Part shown: one piece after another, positions 42,814 through 51,097 of the stretch | Numbering within the stretch: the stretch's first letter is position 1 | Layout of the letters: the number at the start of each line of letters is the position of its first letter | Assembly (NCBI GenBank): GCA_043745805.1 | Contig: JAYTSD010000028.1 | Coordinates: 32,001-96,000 of the forward strand | Direction of reading: 5' to 3' | DNA length: 64,000 bases | From: Fibrobacteria bacterium | Lineage (GTDB): Bacteria; Fibrobacterota; Fibrobacteria; UBA11236 | Made by a program: the position numbers and the translations under genes | Notes under the pieces: generated by a model | Told to the model about the DNA's origin: nothing | Database searches by the model: none | The model's input: only the letters and a program-made list of their open reading frames with translations

Positions 42814-45045
42814 ATGCTACATATTAAAAGCAAATTATTTATTCCGCCTTTACGCTCCCAAGTGGTTTTACGTAGTAGGCTTTGCGATAAATTGCAATCG
42901 GGTTGGGAAAGTGGTTTAGCAATTATTTCTGCTCCGGCAGGTTCCGGTAAAACCACCTTGGTACTTAGCTTTATTCATACTTGCCAACAAAAAAAAGCTT
43001 GGATCGCTTTGGAAGAAAGCGACAATCATCCCGATAGATTTCTCACCTTATTTGCTTTAGCCCTACAAGAGGCACATCCCCAGCTTTTTCCAGATTGGAA
43101 AGGGATGTTACAAAACTCACGTTTTTTACCGGCTTCGGTGTTGCTGCCCCGCATTGTAGAGGAAACTTTAAAACTACCTGAAAAAATTTTGTTGGTTTTG
43201 GATGATTATCATTTTATTCGCGAGAATAAAGTGCATCAGTATTTGTTGGAGTTGATTGAAACCTTAAGCAATAAACTGTATATCATTATTTCCAGCCGTA
43301 TGGATCCACCTTGGCCTTTGGGTATATTAAGGGCAAAAAATAAATTAATAGAAATTCGCAATGTTGATTTAGAATTTAATGAAAGTGAAAGCCATCTTTT
43401 CCTCTGTGAAAAAATGGCTTTGAATTTAAAAACCCATGAAGTGGAAAGTTTAAAGCAAAAAACCGAAGGCTGGATTTCAGGTTTGCAATTGGCGGCCTTG
43501 TCTATGCAAGGTAAAAGTGACGCGTCAGATTTTGTACGCGAATTTGCCGGACATAATCGTTTTGTTGTTGATTATTTAGTGGAAGAAGTTCTGCACGCGC
43601 AGACTGCAGAAATGCAAAAATTCCTTTTGAGTATTTCCATACTCGATCGTTTTTGCGTATCCCTTTGTGATGCCCTCTTCCAAAAAAATGCTTCGGAAAC
43701 TTATAGCCTTAGCCATTTACAAATGCTGGAGCAGAATAATTTATTTATTGTAGCCTTGGATGATAATCGCCATTGGTATCGCTTGCATCATTTGTTTGTA
43801 CAATTATTGCGGCGTCGCTTAGAAGAGCGAGAGCCCGATTTAGCGCGTCGCCTACACAGTAATGCGGCCCGTTGGTTATCCAAAGCGAATCATGTTTCGG
43901 AAGCGGCTAAGCATGCGTTATCCTGTTCGGATTGGGATTTTCTGGAAGAGCTGGCGGAACAAGCTATTGAAAATATGGTGAAGAATAGCGATTTCGTTAC
44001 CCTATGGGATTGTGTGCAAAATTTATCGGAAGCCATAATTAAGACCAAGCCTTATGTATGTCTTTTTTATACTTGGGTTTTATTGCATACCGGAAGAGAA
44101 AATGAAGCGGAAAATTTTATTAATTATGCAAGTGTTTTAAGGGTACAAGAAAAAGAAGCTTTAAGAGCGCAGATTCTTTATTTGCAATCTTTATTATCCT
44201 CTTCTCGCGGGCGTATTGATCAGGCTTTGGCCTTTGGTTTAAAAAGTTTAGGAACCGCGCCTTTGGCGAATTTGTTTTTACAGAGTTCTATTCGTATTCA
44301 CTTAGGCATGATCTATTGTCAAAAATTAGCTTGGAAAGATGCAGAAGAGAATTTATTGCAAGCAAAAAAATATGCTAGTCGTTGCAATCATTATTTGGCT
44401 TATTTCGGAGCCCTCTATACTTTAGGGGAAATTTATTGCAAGCTAGGTCAAGTAAAGACATTAGAAGCCATTTCTCAAGAAGCTATGCAAAGTCTGGAAG
44501 CTTTGGAAAGTCGCGCGGGACCGGCTGTGGGGTATGCCTTATTAAGTCAGGCTCGTTGTTTATTTTTAAAAAATCAATGGGAAGAATGCCGTGAAGTTTT
44601 ATTGGAGGCCATACGCTGGGGCAAATTGGGAAATAATATTCGCATTTTAGGTTATGCTTTCCAAACCTTCGCACAATGCCTGATTAAAGAAAAAAAATAT
44701 GTGGAAGCCATAAAATATTTGGATCATGCTGAGGAAATTTCCCGCCGCAATCGCATGCATTGGGGTTACTCGCCTGTTACTATACTGGAAATCCGTTTGC
44801 AAATACCCAGTCACCAAGAAATACTGGAGCATATTGTGCATTTAAATAATCCAGAATTATTAAGCGAAAGAGAATTGGCTGTTTTGCGGCATTTGGCTGA
44901 TGGTTATTCCAATAAAGAAATCGGTGAGAAGCTTTATGTGGCTTCGAGTACGGTCAAAACCCATGTCAAAAAAATATTCCATAAACTCGATGTGAATAAT
45001 CGTTTAAGGGCTATATCTAAAGGCCGCGAATATAATTTGATTTAA
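42814..45045 (+). CDS. MalT-like large ATP-binding LuxR-family transcriptional regulator
   Basis: KLFIPP, SAPAGSGKTT, LVLDDYH, TEGWISGLQLAAL, DYLVEEVL, WYRLHHLF, C-terminal LSERELAVL..SNKEIG..TVKTHV HTH. Confidence 0.92.
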   Translation: MLHIKSKLFIPPLRSQVVLRSRLCDKLQSGWESGLAIISAPAGSGKTTLVLSFIHTCQQKKAWIALEESDNHPDRFLTLFALALQEAHPQLFPDWKGMLQNSRFLPASVLLPRIVEETLKLPEKILLVLDDYHFIRENKVHQYLLELIETLSNKLYIIISSRMDPPWPLGILRAKNKLIEIRNVDLEFNESESHLFLCEKMALNLKTHEVESLKQKTEGWISGLQLAALSMQGKSDASDFVREFAGHNRFVVDYLVEEVLHAQTAEMQKFLLSISILDRFCVSLCDALFQKNASETYSLSHLQMLEQNNLFIVALDDNRHWYRLHHLFVQLLRRRLEEREPDLARRLHSNAARWLSKANHVSEAAKHALSCSDWDFLEELAEQAIENMVKNSDFVTLWDCVQNLSEAIIKTKPYVCLFYTWVLLHTGRENEAENFINYASVLRVQEKEALRAQILYLQSLLSSSRGRIDQALAFGLKSLGTAPLANLFLQSSIRIHLGMIYCQKLAWKDAEENLLQAKKYASRCNHYLAYFGALYTLGEIYCKLGQVKTLEAISQEAMQSLEALESRAGPAVGYALLSQARCLFLKNQWEECREVLLEAIRWGKLGNNIRILGYAFQTFAQCLIKEKKYVEAIKYLDHAEEISRRNRMHWGYSPVTILEIRLQIPSHQEILEHIVHLNNPELLSERELAVLRHLADGYSNKEIGEKLYVASSTVKTHVKKIFHKLDVNNRLRAISKGREYNLI

Positions 45046-45248
45046 GATTTGAGTATAATCATTAAAGGTTTATTGATATAGAGATTTTCTTTCCCCACGC
45101 GAGTTTTGGCTAAAAGTCCTATGGCCGTTAATTGATCTAAATAGCGAGCTGCCGCTTTCCATAATGAAATTGATGAATAATGCTCTTCTTTTGGGGGAAT
45201 TAATGGAAGATCATTAAAAGGCTTTTCTGGTACACATTGGGTATTCAT
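45042..45248 (-). pseudogene. Internally deleted Fic-family gene remnant (N-terminal tip fused in frame to the C-terminal wHTH tip)
   Basis: PEKPFNDLPLIPP matches the start of Fic_N-type proteins and ARYLDQLTAIGLL..GKENLYINKPLMIIL matches their C-terminus. No HPFxDGNGR motif. Confidence 0.7.
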
Positions 45249-45403
45249 GTACCAAAATTTCTATTTAGGGTACATATTAATTCGAGTTTTTTTAGAATTA
45301 TTATGTGTTCGAGTATTGTTTACAAAGGAAATCGTATTTCGGCAGCCTTTTCATTTCCTAGTCCATCGGCAGAACCTGTAATGAATATTCGTGCCATATA
45401 GCT

Positions 45404-45781
45404 TCAAATTAAATCTTTGAATAAAATAAATCCAATTATCACTGCACCTACCGAACAAATCAAAACTGCTGCCGCAGCAACATCTTTAGCTTTTTCTATG
45501 AGAGGATGGTATTGATTCGTAACGAAATCTGCAAGAAACTCAATAACCGTATTCATCGCTTCGGCAGAAATTACTATTACAATAGTGAGCAAAAGAATAG
45601 CCCATTGTGTGGCAGAAAGTTTTGCAAAAAAACCAAGACAAATGGCCAGCGAGCCAATAATCAAATGTATTCTTGCGTTAATTTGCGTAGAGAATAAAAT
45701 TTTTATTCCATTAAAAGCAAATTTAAAACTATCAATACGTTTTTTTAATTGAGAGCGTTTAGGTGTCACATTGAAATCCAT
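45404..45781 (-). CDS. dgkA: Diacylglycerol/undecaprenol kinase family protein
   Basis: SFKFAFNGI, NARIH, AEAMNTVIEFLAD, AKDVAAAAVL. Confidence 0.9.
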   Translation of the reverse strand: MDFNVTPKRSQLKKRIDSFKFAFNGIKILFSTQINARIHLIIGSLAICLGFFAKLSATQWAILLLTIVIVISAEAMNTVIEFLADFVTNQYHPLIEKAKDVAAAAVLICSVGAVIIGFILFKDLI

Positions 45782-45900
45782 ATATTATTTCCTTAAATAA
45801 TATAAAACGAAACATGAGTGAACCGTAACTGTGCACAAATTCAATTCCAGAAAATTGAATTAGGGGTGGACGAGGATCCCGTGTTTTAGTGTTTTGCATT

Positions 45901-45934
45901 TTTGTAGGGGCACAAAATTTTGTGCCCCTACAAA
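45901..45934. repeat. GTAG-type REP palindrome (copy 1)
   Basis: Perfect 34-bp palindrome TTTGTAGGGGCACAAAATTTTGTGCCCCTACAAA; 32-bp core identical to 58840-58871. Confidence 0.85.
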
Positions 45935-46002
45935 TCACGGAAATATTACAAAACATTAATATGCGAGGCCGAGGCCAGGGGCAGACATGCCCCTATAGAT
46001 AA

Positions 46003-46806
46003 TTAAATAAAATCGCGTTTATTAAACCATGCGCAGGTCACAAATAAAAGCAGAGCTATATAAAAAAGCCCATAGGCACTAGTCCATAGCACATAATGTT
46101 GCGGAATGGGCAAATCATAAACCACGCGGCCTTTAATGTTAAAGTTCTCCAAGTTGGGCATAAAATAATAAGCCCCTTTAATAAATTTTAACACCCATGT
46201 AGGATAAGTTGGATTTCCGGGTAACATGCCTGCATGTTTTTGCGCAAAAGTAAAATGATTTAATATATCTCCTGATAAATGTCCTGCAACATAAACTCCC
46301 AGAGTAAAAATGGCTCCTAATGTAGGGGTGGAAAAAGAAGAAAATAAAAGTGCTACGGCTACAATCAAAGCCATTTCTAAATAAATCAAGTAGATGGCCG
46401 AGAACAAGGACCAATATGGATGACTATCAGTAAACCATAAAACAAAATAAAAACATAAACTCATCACGGATAAATTGACTGCGAGCACCATAAGTAAACC
46501 GACATATTTGCCTAAAATAAAATGCCATCGGGGCATGGGTTTGGCTAAAAGGGTAAGGACCGTTTTACGTTGTAATTCTTTTTGAATGAGACCTATACCC
46601 AAAAAAATAGCCATTAATAAACCACTAATAGACATGATAGCCAAGGTGAAATCTTGAATCACTTTTTCACGCGCGAATACCGACCATTCACCCAACATAA
46701 TGGAAAATAAAATCATGCCCAATCCGAGTAATACTAAATTGTAGAGAATTTTATCGCGTATTGATTCACGAAATGCATTGAGTGCTATAATCCATAAATT
46801 ACGCAT
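46003..46806 (-). CDS. ABC-2 type exporter permease
   Basis: IALNAFRESIRDKILY, ELQRKTVLTLLAKPMPRWHFILGKYVG, ends FNKRDFI. Confidence 0.85.
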   Translation of the reverse strand: MRNLWIIALNAFRESIRDKILYNLVLLGLGMILFSIMLGEWSVFAREKVIQDFTLAIMSISGLLMAIFLGIGLIQKELQRKTVLTLLAKPMPRWHFILGKYVGLLMVLAVNLSVMSLCFYFVLWFTDSHPYWSLFSAIYLIYLEMALIVAVALLFSSFSTPTLGAIFTLGVYVAGHLSGDILNHFTFAQKHAGMLPGNPTYPTWVLKFIKGAYYFMPNLENFNIKGRVVYDLPIPQHYVLWTSAYGLFYIALLLFVTCAWFNKRDFI

Positions 46807-46818
46807 AGCTTTTATTCC

Positions 46819-47718
46819 TCAATCCTTGGCCACTTCTTCGGCCAAAGCATCTTCTAATGTGGGCCTTATTTTATCGACCGCGGTAATATCCAATTTATTA
46901 TTAATAGCCCATTGCAGAGTTTGCATCTTTTGCAGGTCAGTAGCACATATAATAATTTTAGTATCGAATACTTTACCCAATTCAAGTGGAAATTCATTCA
47001 CCGGATTTTGAAAATGAATTTGATGCGATATTTCTTCTTTACCTAAAACATCATCCACACTGCCTTGGCGACGAATTTCGCCTTTAACAATCATGGCTAC
47101 GCCAGTGCATATGGCTTCGACATCACTTAAGACATGACTGGAATAAAAAATGGTGGTGCCTTGTGCATGTAAATATTTCAACAAGTTACGGATTTCTCGG
47201 CGACCCATAGGATCAAGACCCGACATGGGTTCATCGAGTATGGCCAATTTAGGTTTGGATAATAAAGCTTGAGCAATGCCTACGCGTTGTAACATGCCTT
47301 TGCTATAAGTTCTTAAATTACGTTTTAACCAATCGGGTTTGGCATTCACTAATTCTGCGGCTTCATCAATGCGCTTTTGTAATTCGGCACCGCTTAAATG
47401 ATGGAGATGGCCATAAAAATTCAGTAATTCATAGCCGGTTAAATAATCATAAAAATAAGACTGCTCAGGCAAATAGCCTACTTCTAAGCGCGCGCGATAG
47501 TCACTTGCAGGTTTCCCCATCAATTGGACTTTGGCATCGGAGTAGCGAAGTAATCCTAATAAAATTTTAATGGTAGTGCTTTTGCCTGCACCATTGGGAC
47601 CTACAAAGCCATATAAGGCGCCAGGTTCTACATTTAAATGAACATTTTTAAGCGCCTGTACCGACTTCATCCAGAAGCCGATTTTAAAAGTTTTATTGAG
47701 GTTTGCTATTTCTATCAT
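46819..47718 (-). CDS. ABC exporter ATP-binding protein
   Basis: GPNGAGKSTT, YSKGMLQRVG, ILDEPMSGLDPMGR, SSHVLSD. Confidence 0.92.
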   Translation of the reverse strand: MIEIANLNKTFKIGFWMKSVQALKNVHLNVEPGALYGFVGPNGAGKSTTIKILLGLLRYSDAKVQLMGKPASDYRARLEVGYLPEQSYFYDYLTGYELLNFYGHLHHLSGAELQKRIDEAAELVNAKPDWLKRNLRTYSKGMLQRVGIAQALLSKPKLAILDEPMSGLDPMGRREIRNLLKYLHAQGTTIFYSSHVLSDVEAICTGVAMIVKGEIRRQGSVDDVLGKEEISHQIHFQNPVNEFPLELGKVFDTKIIICATDLQKMQTLQWAINNKLDITAVDKIRPTLEDALAEEVAKD

Positions 47719-47725
47719 TTAATTT

Positions 47726-48028
47726 TTAATACTCAGATTTTTTCTTAAAGCGTTGATAATAGGCAAGGCCACGACCTGCAAAATAAAAGCATACGCCAAT
47801 AACCAAAACAATTTGCCCGATGCGATTCGCATTCAAAGTGAATTCCCCATGGCTATTGCGATAATGCAAGGGAGAGAAGCGCCCCGAATAAATAAAGAAG
47901 CCTGCTAAGGGCAAGCAAAGAAAACCTATCCATAAAAGCATGCTGCTTATTTGTGCTAAGCGCGCTTGAGTTTTTTCTTGACCGCTTAAGTCTAAGAGTT
48001 TTTCGGCAATTTGATCTTTATTTTCCAT
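47726..48028 (-). CDS. Small two-TM membrane protein
   Basis: 100-aa ORF with two hydrophobic helices, in operon context. Confidence 0.6.
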   Translation of the reverse strand: MENKDQIAEKLLDLSGQEKTQARLAQISSMLLWIGFLCLPLAGFFIYSGRFSPLHYRNSHGEFTLNANRIGQIVLVIGVCFYFAGRGLAYYQRFKKKSEY

Positions 48029-48113
48029 ACTTCAAATATACTACAAATTGGAAATCGATAAATTATATAATGCCAATTCTCTTTATGCAAGCGACTTTTG
48101 GATAGTCAAATCC

Positions 48114-48758
48114 TCAGCGTAGATCTTCGGCCAGAACAGTTTTTCCCGCAAATTTTTCAAGAATAAATATGGCCTGTTCTAAGGGTGTAGGCTTTTGATG
48201 ACGAGCAAAACTTTCCGCTCCTTGCAAAATAAGGGTTAGTGTCGGCACTAAATGAATTTTCCAGCCCATCTCTTCTTTCCAAAAAATATATACCGGCACA
48301 TTTTCGGAACCGGAAAAACCTAACTCGGCTTTTTGCCCATAAATTTTAAAATGGCCTAAATTATTTTTTAAGAAACTGTTTTTAACAGTAGGATTTTGCA
48401 CTAAAAGCTTTTGCAAAATACCTTTGGGATTATCGTTGAAATCGGGATGCTCACGACGTTCGACACGCAAGGCTAAAACACTTAGTATTTCAAAAAAGGG
48501 GCGATCTTTTAAAAAAGCAATGGGTTCGGAACGCGAAGCATACCGCATATCTTCTAGCCAATGAATGGATTCAGAGGAAATATTATGCAAAGTGGAATCG
48601 GTATTGTTTTGCTGCAAGTTTTGGCGAAAGCGCAAAAAAAACTTTTCTAAGGCTATTTGTTCCTGTGAATTTTTTTCCGAACTATCAGGCGGCGGCGGTC
48701 CACTACAAGCGCCAAGTAATAGTGCGAACCCCATAAAATATTTGAGCCAAAGTGTCAT
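48114..48758 (-). CDS. Predicted lipoprotein
   Basis: Lipobox LGAC; ATGA overlap with the upstream gene. Confidence 0.7.
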   Translation of the reverse strand: MTLWLKYFMGFALLLGACSGPPPPDSSEKNSQEQIALEKFFLRFRQNLQQNNTDSTLHNISSESIHWLEDMRYASRSEPIAFLKDRPFFEILSVLALRVERREHPDFNDNPKGILQKLLVQNPTVKNSFLKNNLGHFKIYGQKAELGFSGSENVPVYIFWKEEMGWKIHLVPTLTLILQGAESFARHQKPTPLEQAIFILEKFAGKTVLAEDLR

Positions 48759-51097
48759 AATGAATGGGTCAATGTGGCTAAACGATTTTCAAAAATACGA
48801 ATTTTTTTAGCCCAAATTTGCGCATTCAATTCGTCACCCGCCCGGAATTTTTTTAAGGGGAAACTTTTTAATAGTAAGGATAAGGCTTGGCTATCATAGG
48901 CATTCCAACGGTTGATATAATCTTCAATGGTTGTTAAGGATTCATCGATATTACGGAAATCGATTTCGGTATTTTGCGCCCAAATTTTAAAAGCAAAAGC
49001 GGCGTCTTCGCCTTGGCCATCTTCTTCGGATGCGAGTATTTTTTGCGCAATACGTTTGGCTAATTCCGCATCGGTTTGAATATCTTTCTCATGTAATAAA
49101 AAAGATAGCTCCGCAATTTTTTGTTCTTCTATTTCACCCGCATTTAATATGGTTTCCACGGCTTCAGACTTTAATCCAAGACGCATTTGGCAACCTGCCA
49201 AAAGGGATGCTAATTCAATTGATAATTTGTTTTCTAGGCGGTAACTTTCAAAAAAGGCAAATACAGTTTGGTATTTATGTTGTTGGATGAGATAGTGTAT
49301 ATAATCCACAATTTGACTTTCAAAAACATCATGCTGTAAAAGAAAATCAAATACCACGGAATCTTTAACCGAAGGTGTGGGGTCAATGCCGCTATTTAGT
49401 AGGTATTCCCAGTCAGAAAAATAATGCCCATTGCCGGCTGCTTTTTTCAAATGGGCTTGGCTTTCATTGGGCTTATCATTTTTTATTTCTGCAAATAGAA
49501 AATGCAAATAGGCCTCATTCTGAGGTTCAATATTTTTGCCCAAGATTTTTTGTAATTCAGGGATTTTGTTTTCAGGCGCAATGACTGCAAGGGTATTATA
49601 CATGTGACACCAATCCTTGGTGAATTCACTCCAACGTTGATCAACCCAAATATCATAGGTATTTACATCATAGGTCACAAAGGTTTGTAATAAGGAGTCA
49701 TAGCCAAAAATGGCGAGCACATGACCTGGAATAAAAGTTAATACAGGGTAACCGGCATCAATGAGTTTAAAAATATCTTGCAGATTTCTTAAGGGTAATA
49801 TGAAATTACTGAAGCCTCGGCTTTCCGAAAAAAAGCTTTCATCAGTAATTAAGCTGCCATGATCCAATTGGGTAATTTCTGCACCAATTTTTTTTGCACC
49901 GGTTCTATCACCCCAATAATTAAGTACTAGGCCCATGGAATTAGGGACGCAATAAGCGCTTTTATATTCGGTTTTGGTTTCTACGCCAGGAATTACAACT
50001 CGCTTTAAGGCGGAATCTGATTTTTTTTCTAAGCGATCATTAAATTCATGGGCCTCTAAAAGTAAACGCGAGTTTTGATAATACTTTAAGAGTACTCTTA
50101 AAAAAGCTTCTTTCGATTCCGTCATTTTGCCATTTTTACGATACAATAAGGCGACACGAAATTGTAAATAAGATTTAAGTGGGGAAGAGTTACTCCATTC
50201 CAAAGCTTTATAATACCACGGGATAGCCGCTTGGGTGACCGCAAATTTTTCATAGCGTTGTCCAATGAGTAGGGCATAATGAATAGGCAATCCACTACTC
50301 CAACTAAAAGCAATGAGCGCTAAAGTAAAAGCTATGATTCCCTGAAGATAAACTTTTACAAAAGGTTGTTTTTTTAAAAAGAATTTGTGCGTGATTTGTA
50401 ATAAAGCTGGAATAGCAATAAAACAAATAATAAAAAAAACGATGAGACGAATTTTATCTACCCAGTCCGGGAAAATTTGTAATTCGGTTAATTGCCAAAG
50501 CGGAATAGTCACCAACACTAAATAAAGTTGGCTAGCGAGCAGATGGGAAACAAAAACACCTAAGATGACAAAACTAAGATGACCTAAGGAAATTGATTTA
50601 TGATCGGGTAATACTTGTAAGGCAGAGAAAAAAAACAATAAAGCAAAATTAAGCCAAACCGATCCAAGGTCTAAATACAAAGTATTTAAGGAGGCATTGA
50701 TGGGATAATAATTACTCCATAAGGCATCCGCCAACCATTGCTCCATGCTTACACATAATACGGCTATAGGCAAGCTGGCTAAGGCCATTGCCAGCGCTAA
50801 GCGTAGTCGCGAAGAGATATTTAAAGGACTAAGCTCGGAACGTGCAAAGGAAAATCTCCACACTAAAACGATAGTAACAATAATATTACTCAATGAAATC
50901 ACAATAAAAAGGAATAACCAATTAAAGGAGGTTAAAGCAGGAACTAAAAAAGGAAATAGTCCGGCAATGAGAATAATTAAGCGGGATGTCCGTGTGGGAA
51001 AGTTTTTTAAAAAAGGCCATAAAGCAATGGGGCCACCTAGAAGAGCAAGGATATAAATAAATCCGGGTAAGCGTTTATGCTCTTGAACAGAACTCAT
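48755..51097 (-). CDS. Multi-TM membrane protein with TPR-like repeats and a C39-like cysteine peptidase domain (triad intact)
   Basis: N-terminal TM bundle, TPR-like helices, SAYCVPNSMGLVLNYWG (Cys), GYPVL..GHVLAIFGYD (His), FVTYDVN (Asp). Confidence 0.7.
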   Translation of the reverse strand: MSSVQEHKRLPGFIYILALLGGPIALWPFLKNFPTRTSRLIILIAGLFPFLVPALTSFNWLFLFIVISLSNIIVTIVLVWRFSFARSELSPLNISSRLRLALAMALASLPIAVLCVSMEQWLADALWSNYYPINASLNTLYLDLGSVWLNFALLFFFSALQVLPDHKSISLGHLSFVILGVFVSHLLASQLYLVLVTIPLWQLTELQIFPDWVDKIRLIVFFIICFIAIPALLQITHKFFLKKQPFVKVYLQGIIAFTLALIAFSWSSGLPIHYALLIGQRYEKFAVTQAAIPWYYKALEWSNSSPLKSYLQFRVALLYRKNGKMTESKEAFLRVLLKYYQNSRLLLEAHEFNDRLEKKSDSALKRVVIPGVETKTEYKSAYCVPNSMGLVLNYWGDRTGAKKIGAEITQLDHGSLITDESFFSESRGFSNFILPLRNLQDIFKLIDAGYPVLTFIPGHVLAIFGYDSLLQTFVTYDVNTYDIWVDQRWSEFTKDWCHMYNTLAVIAPENKIPELQKILGKNIEPQNEAYLHFLFAEIKNDKPNESQAHLKKAAGNGHYFSDWEYLLNSGIDPTPSVKDSVVFDFLLQHDVFESQIVDYIHYLIQQHKYQTVFAFFESYRLENKLSIELASLLAGCQMRLGLKSEAVETILNAGEIEEQKIAELSFLLHEKDIQTDAELAKRIAQKILASEEDGQGEDAAFAFKIWAQNTEIDFRNIDESLTTIEDYINRWNAYDSQALSLLLKSFPLKKFRAGDELNAQIWAKKIRIFENRLATLTHSL

